Source of the DNA: an uncultured Chloroflexia bacterium
Lineage (GTDB): Bacteria; Chloroflexota; Limnocylindria; Limnocylindrales; CSP1-4
NCBI GenBank assembly: GCA_963813335.1
Contig: CAWEYL010000001.1
Location: 576,001-640,000 of the forward strand
Length of the DNA: 64,000 bases
Direction of reading: 5' to 3'
Shown here: piece by piece, positions 21,220 to 34,551 of the stretch
Layout of the letters: each line of letters opens with the position of its first letter
Numbering within the stretch: the stretch's first letter is position 1
Position numbers and translations under genes: made by a program
Notes under the pieces: generated by a model
What the model was told of the DNA's origin: nothing
The model's database searches: none
Seen by the model: only the letters and a program-made list of their open reading frames with translations

Positions 21220-23604
21220 ATGCCCGACTTCAAGTTCGTCGCCCCCTTCGAGCCCACGGGTGACCAGCCGGCCGCGATCGAGCGCCTGAGCGACGGCCTC
21301 GCCAAGGGCGTCCGGCACCAGACGCTGCTCGGCGCGACCGGCACCGGCAAGACCGCGACCCTCGCCTGGACCATCGCCCGGCACAACAAGCCGACCCTGG
21401 TCCTCGCCCACAACAAAACGCTCGCGGCACAGCTGTACGCGGAGTTCCGCGAGTTCTTCCCGGAGAACGCGGTCGAGTACTTCGTCAGCTACTTCGACTA
21501 CTACCAGCCGGAGGCGTACCTCCCGCGCTCGGACACGTACATCGAGAAGGACTCGTCCCGCAACGACGAGATCGACCGGCTCCGCCATGCGGCGACCCAC
21601 GCGCTCTTCGAGCGGCGCGACGTGATCATCGTGGCCAGCGTCAGCTGCATCTACGGCCTCGGCGCCCCGGTCGACTACGGGGCCACCGTCCTGAAGCTCC
21701 GCGTCGGTGGCCAGTACCGGCGCGACGCGGTCCTCCGCCACCTCGTCGACCTCCAGTACCAGCGCAACGACCAGGCGCTCACGCGCGCCCGGTTCCGCGT
21801 CCGAGGCGACACGCTCGAGCTCCAGCCGGCCTCGGAGGAGACGCTGATCCGCGTCGAGTTCTTCGGCGACGAGGTCGAGCGCATCACCGAGCTGGACCCG
21901 CTGACCGGCGAGCTGCTCGCCGAGCGCAAGGAGACCAACATCTATCCGGCGACCCACTACGTGACGCCGCAGGACAAGCTCAAGGAAGCGATCGTCGACA
22001 TCGAGGCCGAGATGGAGCTCCGCGTCGGCCAGCTGGAGGCGGAAGGCCGGGCGCTGGAGGGCGCGCGCCTCCGCCAGCGGACGACGTTCGACCTCGAGAT
22101 GATGCGCGAGCTCGGCTACTGCACCGGCATCGAGAACTACTCGCGCCACCTGTCCCGCCGCGAGGCCGGCTCGCGGCCGTGGACGCTCCTCGACTACTTC
22201 CCGCCCGACTGGCTGCTGGTCGTCGACGAGTCGCACATGACCATCCCGCAGGTCGTGGGCATGTACAAGAACGACCGGACGCGCAAGGAGATCCTCGTCG
22301 ACTTCGGGTTCCGGCTGCCGTCGGCGCTGGACAACCGGCCACTGACCTTCGAGGAGTTCGAGGCGACCGTCCACCAGGCGGTCTACATGAGCGCGACGCC
22401 CGGCCCGTACGAGCTCGAGCGCAGCGAGCGGGTCGTCCAGCAGCTCATCCGTCCGACCGGCGTCGTCGACCCCGGCATCACGATCCGCCCGACCGAGGGC
22501 CAGATCGACGACCTCCTCGAGGAGATCCGGGTCCGGGCCGAACGAGGCGAGCGGGCGCTGATCACGACCCTCACCAAGAAGATGGCCGAGGACCTGACCG
22601 ACTACCTCAAGGAGCTCGGGATCAAGGTCCAGTACCTCCACAGCGAGGTCGACACGCTGGAGCGGGTCGCGATCCTGCGCGACCTCCGGCTCGGCGTGTT
22701 CGACGTCCTCGTCGGCATCAACCTGCTGCGCGAGGGCATCGACCTGCCGGAGGTGACGCTCGTCGCGATCCTCGACGCCGACAAGGAGGGGTTCCTGCGC
22801 TCCGCCTGGTCGCTGATCCAGATGATCGGCCGGGCGGCCCGGAACATCGGCGGCGAGGTGATCATGTATGCCGACCGGGTCACCGAATCGATGCAGGTCG
22901 CCCTCGACGAGACCGACCGCCGGCGGACCATCCAGGTGGCCTACAACGTCGAGCACGGCATCGAGCCGACGACGATCGTCAAGGGCATCCACGACATCAA
23001 CCAGCGGCTGCGCGCGGTCGCCGAGTCGACGCAGGTCTACACGTCGGAGAAGGGTGGCGAGCTGACAGAGGCGGACCGCCGCAAGGTCGAGGCACTGGTG
23101 GCGCGGATGGAGGCGGAGATGAAGGCGGCCGCCAAGCAGCTCGAGTTCGAGCGGGCGGCGGCGCTGCGCGACGAGATCCAGCAGATCCGCTTGCGCGTCC
23201 TCGAGCAGGACGCGTCGATCACGGTCGGACGGGCCGCCGAGCGGGCCGCCCGCGAGGACCACAGCCTGACCGGCGCCGCCGACCGGGCCCGTGGCCGTCG
23301 GGCGGCCGATGCCGCGTCGCTGGCCCCGGTGATGGAGGTCACGAGCGTCACCGTCCTGCCCGCCGACGAGGAGCCGGCTGCGAACCTGGACGGCGAGCCC
23401 GGCGAGCCCGGCATCGACGAGAACACGATCGCCGACTGGCTGCCGGGCATCCGCGACGAGCACGACGACGACCCCGGCACCCGGGGCCGCTGGCAGGACC
23501 GCCCGACCTGGGACCGCAGCGTGACACCCAACGTCCGCAAGCGGACCGGCCAGCGCCAGGGCGCGTCGCTTCTGCGTCTGGATCAGCGCCCGGTCCTCGG
23601 GTGA
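21220..23604 (+). CDS. uvrB: excinuclease ABC subunit B
   Basis: [37 protein letters not shown] domain FERAAALRD; 3' end uncertain. Confidence 0.97.
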   Translation: MPDFKFVAPFEPTGDQPAAIERLSDGLAKGVRHQTLLGATGTGKTATLAWTIARHNKPTLVLAHNKTLAAQLYAEFREFFPENAVEYFVSYFDYYQPEAYLPRSDTYIEKDSSRNDEIDRLRHAATHALFERRDVIIVASVSCIYGLGAPVDYGATVLKLRVGGQYRRDAVLRHLVDLQYQRNDQALTRARFRVRGDTLELQPASEETLIRVEFFGDEVERITELDPLTGELLAERKETNIYPATHYVTPQDKLKEAIVDIEAEMELRVGQLEAEGRALEGARLRQRTTFDLEMMRELGYCTGIENYSRHLSRREAGSRPWTLLDYFPPDWLLVVDESHMTIPQVVGMYKNDRTRKEILVDFGFRLPSALDNRPLTFEEFEATVHQAVYMSATPGPYELERSERVVQQLIRPTGVVDPGITIRPTEGQIDDLLEEIRVRAERGERALITTLTKKMAEDLTDYLKELGIKVQYLHSEVDTLERVAILRDLRLGVFDVLVGINLLREGIDLPEVTLVAILDADKEGFLRSAWSLIQMIGRAARNIGGEVIMYADRVTESMQVALDETDRRRTIQVAYNVEHGIEPTTIVKGIHDINQRLRAVAESTQVYTSEKGGELTEADRRKVEALVARMEAEMKAAAKQLEFERAAALRDEIQQIRLRVLEQDASITVGRAAERAAREDHSLTGAADRARGRRAADAASLAPVMEVTSVTVLPADEEPAANLDGEPGEPGIDENTIADWLPGIRDEHDDDPGTRGRWQDRPTWDRSVTPNVRKRTGQRQGASLLRLDQRPVLG

Positions 23605-24057
23605 CATTGCCGCGAATCGCCGCCGGCGGCCCTGTAGCAGTACCAGGGTGCCGATGATGAGCGTCGCCGCGCAGACCAATAGCGCGATCAGGATGGTGTG
23701 CTGGTCGAACTGGCGGCCGACGACCCTGAACGTGCCCCACACGACGGCCGAGACGATCCCGAACCCAGCCATCGGCGCGAGCCAGACGCGCCGCAGCGAC
23801 TTGCTGACACCGGGGCTGAACGGCGAGATCCGGGACGCCTCGGCGTACGCAGCGGCGGCTTCCGCGTGGCGGCCCTGCGCCTCGAGGGCGCGGCCGAGGG
23901 CCAGGCGGGCGGGGACGTAAGAGGGGTCGCGCGCGGTCGCGGTGCGTGCCATCGTTTCGGCGTCGCCTGGTCGCTTGGCCTTGAGGGCACTGTCGGACCG
24001 GCGCACGAGGTCGGTGGTCGCGGGGTCGGAGGCGGCGTGCTGGTGTTCGACGAGCAT
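23560..24057 (-). CDS. TPR-containing membrane protein
   Basis: TPR-like [25 protein letters not shown] plus two TM helices; stop codon not resolved, end approximate. Confidence 0.65.
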
Positions 24058-24153
24058 CCGGTCCCCCTGTCTCCGCGGTCGGTCGCATCCTACGGCTGGC
24101 GACCGCCTCGCGCTTCCCGTACGGCCGTACTAGTCGAGCCTGGGGTCCGGTGC

Positions 24154-24855
24154 CTAGGTCCCCGTGCTGCCGATGACCGACAGGCAGAAGCCGATCGCGG
24201 TCGCGACGCCGGCGAGGGTCTTCCCGCGATCGAACGCGAACGGCATCAGCGAGTTCGTCAGCATCGCCAGCAGCCCGCCGGCCGCCAGGGCTGCGGCGCG
24301 GTCGCCGGTGACGTCCGGGGCGAGGTTCGTGGCGATGTAGCCCAGGGCCGCCGCCACGCCGCAGGCGAGGACGACGATGCCCCACAACTGGGCGAGCCGG
24401 CGCGGCCCCCAGCCGCTCGCGGCGAGGTCGGCCGACGGCGCGATGGCCTGGGGGACGTTGGAGACCATGACGGCGGCGAGGAAGCTCGGGCTGATCGCCA
24501 GGCCGGTCCCGATCTGGATGCCGAAGATGACCGACTCGGGGACGCCGTCGACGACCGAGCCGACGACGATGCCCATCGCCCCGCCGGCGCCCTCGCTGCC
24601 GAACCGCTGCTCCACGACCCAGTCGCCGGCGATGAAGAGGGCGACGCCGACGAGCATCCAGGTGGCGAACTCGGCGGCCGGCAGCGCCTCGGCCTGGAGC
24701 ACGAGGTCGAAGGCGATCGCCGCGATCATCGCGCCGGCCCCGAAGCCGGCGAGGACGCCGACGACGCGGGCGGGCACCTTGACCCAGCAGACGATCAGGC
24801 CGGCGACGAGTAGCGACGACTGGGCGACCAGCCCCAGGGCGAACGCTTCTAGCAA
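24154..24855 (-). CDS. ZIP-family metal transporter
   Basis: AGFGAGAMI, VVDGVPES, SNVPQ, AAGGLLAML; multiple TM helices. Confidence 0.8.
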   Translation of the reverse strand: MLEAFALGLVAQSSLLVAGLIVCWVKVPARVVGVLAGFGAGAMIAAIAFDLVLQAEALPAAEFATWMLVGVALFIAGDWVVEQRFGSEGAGGAMGIVVGSVVDGVPESVIFGIQIGTGLAISPSFLAAVMVSNVPQAIAPSADLAASGWGPRRLAQLWGIVVLACGVAAALGYIATNLAPDVTGDRAAALAAGGLLAMLTNSLMPFAFDRGKTLAGVATAIGFCLSVIGSTGT

Positions 24856-25014
24856 GCCCGTCCCCCGTCGCTACGGCTACGACCGACGATGCACGGTAGC
24901 ACGGCGTCGAACGCCGGAGCGGCCGGTCCCGACCCGCATGAACTGGTGCGTCGGCGCGCCACGAACCGGGTGCGGACTGCTGCGGACGGGAGCGGTCTGC
25001 CCTAGATTCGAGTA

Positions 25015-25416
25015 GTGATGGCCGGAGTGGTATCGGTGCTCGCCGCTCAGTCGCTCGACCTCGTCGGCCTGGTCGCGGCGGTCTGTCTCCGTGTCGCATC
25101 CGTCGGCTTCCTGCGGTTGGCGACGCTGGCCCTGGCCCAGGCGATCGACCTCGCGACGTTCAGCGTGATGGTGACCCGCCACGGTGCCGTCGCCGAGGCG
25201 AACCCGATCGTCAGCAACCTCTTCGTCACCCTGGGATTGCCGGCGGTCGCGCTCGCCAAGCTGGCGCTGGTGGTGCTCGTGGGCGCGCTGTTCCTGGCGT
25301 CGGCGGCCCGCGGGGGGCGTGGCGTCTGGTCCCTGATCGGCGGGCTGCCCCTGGCCCTGGCGATCGCGGCCGGGATCATCGGCGGCATCACGAACACCGC
25401 GGTGCTGCTGGGCTGA
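25015..25416 (+). CDS. DUF5658-like small membrane protein
   Basis: DLATF...EANPIV...KL motif, TM helices; start uncertain. Confidence 0.6.
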   Translation: MMAGVVSVLAAQSLDLVGLVAAVCLRVASVGFLRLATLALAQAIDLATFSVMVTRHGAVAEANPIVSNLFVTLGLPAVALAKLALVVLVGALFLASAARGGRGVWSLIGGLPLALAIAAGIIGGITNTAVLLG

Positions 25417-25420
25417 CCGC

Positions 25421-25646
25421 TCAGTAGGCCGGCGGCGGGACCTCGAGGCTGGGCGATGGCTTGCCGAGCCCGTCGGACGGGCCGGCGATGGGGTTCTCGA
25501 CGGTGGGTGCGGGGTTCTGGTCCGAAGGACTCGTCGGCCCGATCGGCGTCGTCGGCACGGGGCTCGCGCCGGTGGTCGGCCCCATGCAGCCGGCCAGCAG
25601 CCGGCGAGGCGACCAGAGGCACGGCCGCGAGCTTCAGGCTGCGCAT
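25421..25646 (-). CDS. small Pro/Thr-rich lipoprotein (indel near 25605)
   Basis: MRSLKLAAVPLVA..LLAGC MGPTTGASPVPTT...EVPPPAY; lipobox LAGC. Confidence 0.6.
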
Positions 25647-25668
25647 GGACCCAGCCTACTCCCATGAA

Positions 25669-25698
25669 GAAAGCCCGCCGGTCTCCCGGCGGGCTTTC
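25669..25698. terminator. intrinsic terminator hairpin after the M6 protease gene
   Basis: GAAAGCCCGCCGG-TCTC-CCGGCGGGCTTTC. Confidence 0.75.
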
Positions 25699-25733
25699 CG
25701 TTGCGGCCAAGGTGGCGGAGCCACCACGGCGTC

Positions 25734-28022
25734 CTAGTGCTTGAACTTGACCTCGACGGTCATCCAGTTGCCCTGCTGGGCGAGGACCCGGATGGTCGTC
25801 CCGGTGTTCGGCACCGGCACGCTGGACCACCCGAAGTTGCCGATCGCGGCATTCGGGGCGACCCAGTAGCTCACGCTGTCGTCGAAGACGGGGTTGGCCG
25901 GGAGCCCCCCGTAGGTCTTGGCCACGCTGTTGAGGTGCAGCGTGATCTTGTCGGTCTTCTGCAGCCCGAACGTCGAGTCGTAGGACTGGATGCGCGGGCG
26001 CCAGACCTTGCCATCCGGGCGGATGAGCAGGTTCGGGTGGGCATCCACCGGCAGGAAGAACCCACCGCAGTTGCCCGCAAGGCAGTAGTCGCCGACGTTG
26101 TTGTCGGGATGCGAGTAGTCGAGGTACCAGACGAGGAGCCCGTTCTGGTAGGGGAAGTGCTCGACCCAGTTGCCCAGGGCGGGGTTGTCGAGGAAGCCGA
26201 AGTTGTACGGGCCGGTCTTCAGGGACTGGTCGTAGCCCCAGTAGACGCGGTTCTCCGCGATGTAGTAGTTCTCGTAGGCCTGGGTGATCGACTGGGTGAC
26301 ATTGGCGAACCCATCGAAGGTCCACGCCGGGGCGCCCGCTTCGGCGCCATCGGTGGGATTGCCGGTGATGGCGATGTCGTCGATCAGCGCGCCCTTGGGG
26401 GCGACGCCGCCGTCGGTGATGTACTCGAAGGCGAGACTGACCGTCTGGCCGGCGTAGGCGCTCAGGTCCGCGTGGAGCGGGACGTAGACGCCGCCGCTCG
26501 TGTCCGTGATCCCTTCATTGAAGCCGGGGTCGGACAGGTTGGTGTGGACCGGGGTGCCGTTGACGGTCAGGTACAGGTAGTCGTAGCCCGTCTCGATGTC
26601 GTAGTTGATGAACGCATCCAGGCTGACCGTGCCAGCGGGGAGCGTCACGGACCTCGTCATCGAGTTGTCGAGGTTGTTCCCCGACCCGGAGTAGTACTGG
26701 TGCGTGCCGCTATGCGGTGCGCCGATGTCGGTCGTCACCTCCTTCGGCGGAAGCGTGACCACCAGCTGCTGGGTCTTGGTGGTGTTGTACTCGGCCGGGC
26801 CCATGTGGACCCGGGTCTTCGGTGCGCCGTAGCCGACGATCTCGTAGTTCGACCAGCCGAGGAAGAGCTTTTCGTAGGCGCTCATGTGGACCGGCTCGGT
26901 GCCGATGCCGTCCTTGGGCTTGCCGCTCGAGCCGTACGAGCCGCTCGAGTACAGGGTCCAGAAGCCGGTCGAGTTCTCGGCACCACCGGTGTTGCCGCTG
27001 GTGTCGTAGAGGTCCGGCAGGCCGAGGTCGTGGCCGAACTCATGCGAGAAGACGCCGACGCCGCCGTCCTCGGGCTCGACGGTGTAGTCGCCGATCCATA
27101 CGTTCGAGTCGCCGATCTTGACGCCACCGAGCAGGTTGCCGGCCGGACCGGCGGACCCGATGAGGTTGTAGAAGGCGTACCAGCGGTGGCTCCAGATGGC
27201 GTCCTCGCCCTGGGCGCCGCCGCCGGTCTCCTCGCCGGAGCCGGCGTGGATGGCCTGGAAGTGGTCGATGTAGCCGTCAGGCTCGTTGAAGTTGCCGTCG
27301 CCGTCGTAGTCGTACCGATCCCACTTGTCGAACTGCGACAGGTAGGCGGCGATCTCGGCCGGCGTCTTGCCGGCGGCCACCTGGCCGGCGTACCAGGCGT
27401 TGACCTCGTCCTGGACGAAGCGCCAGACGGTGGAGCAGACGATGTCGCCGCACGCGTTGGTCCCGTAGCGGGCCTCGTTGTACGGGACGGTGACCCAGTC
27501 CTCTACGGTGCCGTTCACCGTGTAGCGGCCGGACGACTGCTCGAGGTAGAAGTCGCGCATCGAGACGGCGTTCTTCTTGTTGCTGAACAGCAGGCTCGTG
27601 TAGTAGGCCTGGTTGAAGTCGGACGCCCAGATGCTGGTGTTGTCGACCGAGCGGTCCGGGGCCGGGATCTGGTTGTGCACCGGGCCGGTCGTGCCGCCGT
27701 AGGACGGGTGGACCGTGTCGCCGAACTGGCCAAGGACCGTCCAGATCGTGTCTTCGCCCTGGCGATCGAGTTCCACGAACTTGCCGCGGCGGACCTGGAC
27801 GACTCCGTTGTGTCCGTGCTTGTCGAGGTGGCCGGACAGGTAGCCCTGCAGGCCCTGTGCGCGAAGCGCGGACTGCTCGGATCCGAGCGGATGGGGCATG
27901 TCGTCGACCGGCATCGAATCCGGCGTGGCCGGCGGAGCCTTGGGCTTGGCCGCGAAGGCGGTGCCAGCCGTGAGCGAGAGCAGCATGGTTAGGGTCGTCA
28001 CGACGACCAGGAGTTTCCTCAA
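25734..28022 (-). CDS. immune inhibitor A-like M6 metalloprotease, secreted
   Basis: TTG start after GAGGAGG; signal peptide; EPDGYIDHF, HAG, IWSHRW, HEFGHDLGLPDLYD, YSGSGN domain. Confidence 0.93.
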   Translation of the reverse strand: MRKLLVVVTTLTMLLSLTAGTAFAAKPKAPPATPDSMPVDDMPHPLGSEQSALRAQGLQGYLSGHLDKHGHNGVVQVRRGKFVELDRQGEDTIWTVLGQFGDTVHPSYGGTTGPVHNQIPAPDRSVDNTSIWASDFNQAYYTSLLFSNKKNAVSMRDFYLEQSSGRYTVNGTVEDWVTVPYNEARYGTNACGDIVCSTVWRFVQDEVNAWYAGQVAAGKTPAEIAAYLSQFDKWDRYDYDGDGNFNEPDGYIDHFQAIHAGSGEETGGGAQGEDAIWSHRWYAFYNLIGSAGPAGNLLGGVKIGDSNVWIGDYTVEPEDGGVGVFSHEFGHDLGLPDLYDTSGNTGGAENSTGFWTLYSSGSYGSSGKPKDGIGTEPVHMSAYEKLFLGWSNYEIVGYGAPKTRVHMGPAEYNTTKTQQLVVTLPPKEVTTDIGAPHSGTHQYYSGSGNNLDNSMTRSVTLPAGTVSLDAFINYDIETGYDYLYLTVNGTPVHTNLSDPGFNEGITDTSGGVYVPLHADLSAYAGQTVSLAFEYITDGGVAPKGALIDDIAITGNPTDGAEAGAPAWTFDGFANVTQSITQAYENYYIAENRVYWGYDQSLKTGPYNFGFLDNPALGNWVEHFPYQNGLLVWYLDYSHPDNNVGDYCLAGNCGGFFLPVDAHPNLLIRPDGKVWRPRIQSYDSTFGLQKTDKITLHLNSVAKTYGGLPANPVFDDSVSYWVAPNAAIGNFGWSSVPVPNTGTTIRVLAQQGNWMTVEVKFKH

Positions 28023-28283
28023 GACCGATCCCTCCTCAATGGGCATGTCGAGGCTGATGGGCGCGGGCGTGAGACAGCCAGAGACACCTCCTTCGGCGGC
28101 TGTCGGAGCCTGGGGCAAAGGGGTTGCGAGCACTCTCCCGTGTGCTGCGCGCTGGGCGCCAACCATAGCCCGGCCGCAGGCCGCCTCGCAACCCGGCGAC
28201 GGAGCGTCTGGCTTCGGAGCGTTGCCCGGACGCACCGGACTTCTGGCCCCGGGCCGCAGAACCCCACCGGTCGCCGCCGTCAA

Positions 28284-28295
28284 GAACACCTGTTC
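28284..28295 (+). promoter_or_regulatory. LexA (SOS) box upstream of uvrA
   Basis: GAACACCTGTTC = GAAC-N4-GTTC, about 30 bp before the GTG. Confidence 0.8.
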
Positions 28296-28325
28296 CATAT
28301 GACGGCAGTCCGCTACACTGGGGCC

Positions 28326-31397
<3,072 letters not shown>

Positions 31398-31427
31398 GCG
31401 CCCGGCACCGGCGTACCATCACGGGCC

Positions 31428-31877
31428 ATGCCGGAGATCGATTTCGCGTTCCTGGCCGACGCCGCGGAGACGATCCCCGGCCAGAAGTTCCACGTGCTCG
31501 GCGGCGGGGTCGCGCGGATCGGTGGCCGTCGCTTCCCGCTGCGCCACCCGCACCTGGCCCTCGTGATCGGCCTGCAGGTGACGGCGCCGGAGACCGAGCG
31601 TGAGCACGAGATCCGCTTCGTGCTGCTCGACCCCGACGGTGCCGAGGTGGCCGGCGCGACCGGCAGCGTGGTGGCCCGCAGCCAGCGCGACGGCCGGGAC
31701 GCCATCCTGACGTTCTCGATCGACCTCTGGAACCTGACCTTCCCCGCACCCGGCGACTACTCGTTCCGGATCCTCGTCAACGGATCGGAGCGCAAGCGCC
31801 TGCCGCTCGTGCTGCTCAAGCCCAGCGACGGCAACGGCGAGTCCGGCACGGCGGGCGCGCGCTCGCCGGATGACTGA
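31428..31877 (+). CDS. DUF6941-like beta-rich hypothetical protein
   Basis: [18 protein letters not shown] ... [15 protein letters not shown]. Confidence 0.7.
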   Translation: MPEIDFAFLADAAETIPGQKFHVLGGGVARIGGRRFPLRHPHLALVIGLQVTAPETEREHEIRFVLLDPDGAEVAGATGSVVARSQRDGRDAILTFSIDLWNLTFPAPGDYSFRILVNGSERKRLPLVLLKPSDGNGESGTAGARSPDD

Positions 31878-32217
31878 GCCGGGGGTCGCCTGGACCCTGC
31901 CGTCGCCGGGCCGCCACGAGCGTCCGGTCATCGACGCGGCCGGCCTGGAGGCGGCGCGCCACGCCGACCGCCTGCTGGCCGCCGCGCGCGACCTGGGCCT
32001 GACCCGCTGGGCGGCCTACCTCGAGCCGCTGCCCGAGCACCTGCGCGACGACGAGCTGGCCCCGCTCCGCCGGACGGCGCTGCGGGCACGGGCCGCCTAC
32101 GGCCCGAAGGACTCGGTGCGCGACGCACTGCCGGAGTCGCTGACCGAGCCGTTCCTCGTCGCGATCGACCGGCTGATCCGCGAGCTCAACCGCGAGGCGC
32201 ACCGGGCCAGGGGATGA
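31870..32217 (+). CDS. hypothetical protein
   Basis: 115-aa ORF overlapping the upstream stop; good codon bias. Confidence 0.6.
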   Translation: MTEPGVAWTLPSPGRHERPVIDAAGLEAARHADRLLAAARDLGLTRWAAYLEPLPEHLRDDELAPLRRTALRARAAYGPKDSVRDALPESLTEPFLVAIDRLIRELNREAHRARG

Positions 32218-32674
32218 GGCGCCGGGTCCGCGTCCGGTACGCCGGATAGTCGGGGAACCGGTCGACGAGCCACGCTTCCTCGCGCATCGACTTGACCGTG
32301 AAGAACCCCCAGACGACGGCCGCCATGACCAGCGCCGGGATCGACGCGGTCACCAGCGCCCAGCCGAGGGACGCCAGGACGATGCCGCCGTAGATGGGAT
32401 GACGGACCCACCGGTAGACACCGGTCTGGACGAGCGCCGCGTCGGCGCGCGGATGGGGGAACGGGGTCAACGCGTTGCCGAGGTCGAGCGTGCCACGGAT
32501 GGCGAGGACGGCGCCCGCACCGATGAGCGCCGCGCCCAGGACGGCGCACGCCACCCTGGCCGCGCCGTCCCACGCGGGGCCGAGCGACCCAGCGGCGGCC
32601 GTCAGGACGAGGAGCACCCCCTGGGCGACGACCCAGCCCTCACCGCGCGAACCAAGAGCTGGGAGCCGGGACAT
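32186..32674 (-). CDS. isoprenylcysteine carboxyl/phospholipid methyltransferase family protein
   Basis: LVQTGVYRWVRHPIY, REEAWL..F.DY..Y...T.R.IP. Confidence 0.85.
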   Translation of the reverse strand: MSRLPALGSRGEGWVVAQGVLLVLTAAAGSLGPAWDGAARVACAVLGAALIGAGAVLAIRGTLDLGNALTPFPHPRADAALVQTGVYRWVRHPIYGGIVLASLGWALVTASIPALVMAAVVWGFFTVKSMREEAWLVDRFPDYPAYRTRTRRLIPWPGAPRG

Positions 32675-32678
32675 GCCG

Positions 32679-34334
32679 TCATCCTAGCGACCGACCGCCG
32701 GCGGGATCTGCATCGTGGAGCGGTCCTCCCCGATCCCTAGCTCGTCCGGGCGAGAACGCCTCCAGCAGGAACGGCGACGGCGCCGCGGGGTCGTACAGGA
32801 GCGTCAGCGACCGGCGCGCCCGCGTCCACGCGACGTAGGCGAGGCGTCGCTCCTCCTCGTACGCCCGCAGCGGGTCGGCGGCGGCCTCGACCGCACGGGC
32901 GCTCGGGAAGCGGGCGGCATCCATGCCGAGGACGACGACATGGTCGAACTCGAGGCCCTTGGTCGCGTGCGCCGTCGCCAGGGTCAGGGGCGCGTCGTCC
33001 CGGCGCAGGTCGGCCAGGCGCCGTCGGCCATCGTCCACCGCCGCGCGGAACGCCTCGAACCCGGGGTACGCCGCTGCCCAGGCCAGCATCGCGGTCGCGA
33101 GCCCGAGGTCCGGCGACGCGGTCGCGGCGGCGCGGTCCCGGAGGACCCCAAGCGCGGGGAGGAGCGGTCGGCCGGCGGCGACCAGCGTCCCCGCCTCCGT
33201 CAGCAGTCCATCGAGCGCCGGGTCCTCGAGCGGCAGCGCGAGCCGCGGCGCCCGGAACGGGCGGTCGAGCGCGATCGCCACCACGACCGCGGGGATCAGC
33301 TCGCGGTTGGTCCGGGCGAGGACCGCCTGGGTCGAGGCGTCGTCGGGCCACGACCCCATGACCCGCTGCAGCCGGACGGCGTCGTCGTCGCCGTCGGGTG
33401 CCAGGACGAGCCGCCCCTCGGCCGCCGGCCCGGCCCGGATCCGCTTGGCGAACCGTTCGCGGTTGCAGGCGACCAGGCGGACCGCGCGCTCGACGACCGG
33501 CGCCGGGCAGCGGTAGTTGACCTCGAGGTCGATGCGCCGCAGGCCCGCCAGGTGCGCGTCGAGTCCGAGGACGCGCCGGACGTCGGCGAGCCGCCAGCCG
33601 TAGATCGACTGGTCGTCGTCGCCGACAAGGAGGATCCGGTCGGCCGGCGCCGCGAGGAGGAGCGCCAGGCGCAGCTGGGCGCGGTCAACGTCCTGCACCT
33701 CGTCGACCAGCAGGTGGGCGCAGCGGTCCCGCCAGAACGCGAGGCGAGTCGCGTCCGCCTCGAGGAGCGCGATCGCCCGCAACACGAGGTCGTCGAAGTC
33801 CATCTGGCGGCGGGCGGCCATCGCCCCCTCGTAGGCGACGAAGGTCCGCGCGGTCGGTCCCGCACCTGGGTCGGCGGCGACGTCGCCGGCCGACACCTCC
33901 AGCTCGATCTTGAGGCGCGAGACCGCTCCGTCCAGCTCGACCAGGCGGGCCTCGTCGGCCTCGGGCTCCAGCTCGCGCAGCAGCGCCGCTCGATCGGCCA
34001 GGTCGACCTCGACCCCCGCGTCGCGGAGGATCTCCAGACCGAGGGCGTGGAACGTGCGGACGCGGACCGTGCCCGGCTCCACGCCCAACGGCGCCAGCGC
34101 GACGTCGAGGCGCTCCGCCAGCTCGACCGCGGCGCGCCGGTTGAACGTGATCGCCGCGATGGTGTCGGGCGGGACGCCGCCGTCCACCAGCCAGGCGATC
34201 CGCGCGACGAGGGTCGTCGTCTTGCCCGATCCGGCTGGCGCGACGACGAGGACCGGACCCGGCGGCGCGGTCGCCGCAGCCCGCTGGTCGGGAGCCAGTC
34301 TCGCCAGGCGGTCCGCCACCGACGCGTGGGTCAC
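32679..34334 (-). CDS. UvrD/Rep/PcrA-family SF1 helicase (compact)
   Basis: APAGSGKT, TFH, DEVQD, GDDDQSIYGWR, NYRC, ARTN, TAHATKGLEF, EERRLAYVAWTRAR. Confidence 0.92.
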   Translation of the reverse strand: MTHASVADRLARLAPDQRAAATAPPGPVLVVAPAGSGKTTTLVARIAWLVDGGVPPDTIAAITFNRRAAVELAERLDVALAPLGVEPGTVRVRTFHALGLEILRDAGVEVDLADRAALLRELEPEADEARLVELDGAVSRLKIELEVSAGDVAADPGAGPTARTFVAYEGAMAARRQMDFDDLVLRAIALLEADATRLAFWRDRCAHLLVDEVQDVDRAQLRLALLLAAPADRILLVGDDDQSIYGWRLADVRRVLGLDAHLAGLRRIDLEVNYRCPAPVVERAVRLVACNRERFAKRIRAGPAAEGRLVLAPDGDDDAVRLQRVMGSWPDDASTQAVLARTNRELIPAVVVAIALDRPFRAPRLALPLEDPALDGLLTEAGTLVAAGRPLLPALGVLRDRAAATASPDLGLATAMLAWAAAYPGFEAFRAAVDDGRRRLADLRRDDAPLTLATAHATKGLEFDHVVVLGMDAARFPSARAVEAAADPLRAYEEERRLAYVAWTRARRSLTLLYDPAAPSPFLLEAFSPGRARDRGGPLHDADPAGGRSLG

Positions 34335-34551
34335 GCCGCGCAGTGTCTGCGGCCACGCTCATCGCGTGCTTGCGCGCACATCAACAGACGGTCAACGGAT
34401 GGAGTTGTAACGCGTCCGAAAGGTGCGCAGGGGTTCACGGCCCGCTATCGTGGGCGGCCTACGGTCGCGACGCGCACGGGTGGGAACCGCGTCTCCGTCC
34501 CCGCCCCTCGCGCATCGGTCCGTCGTCGGTTCGAGTCGCGGAGGTGCCCAC

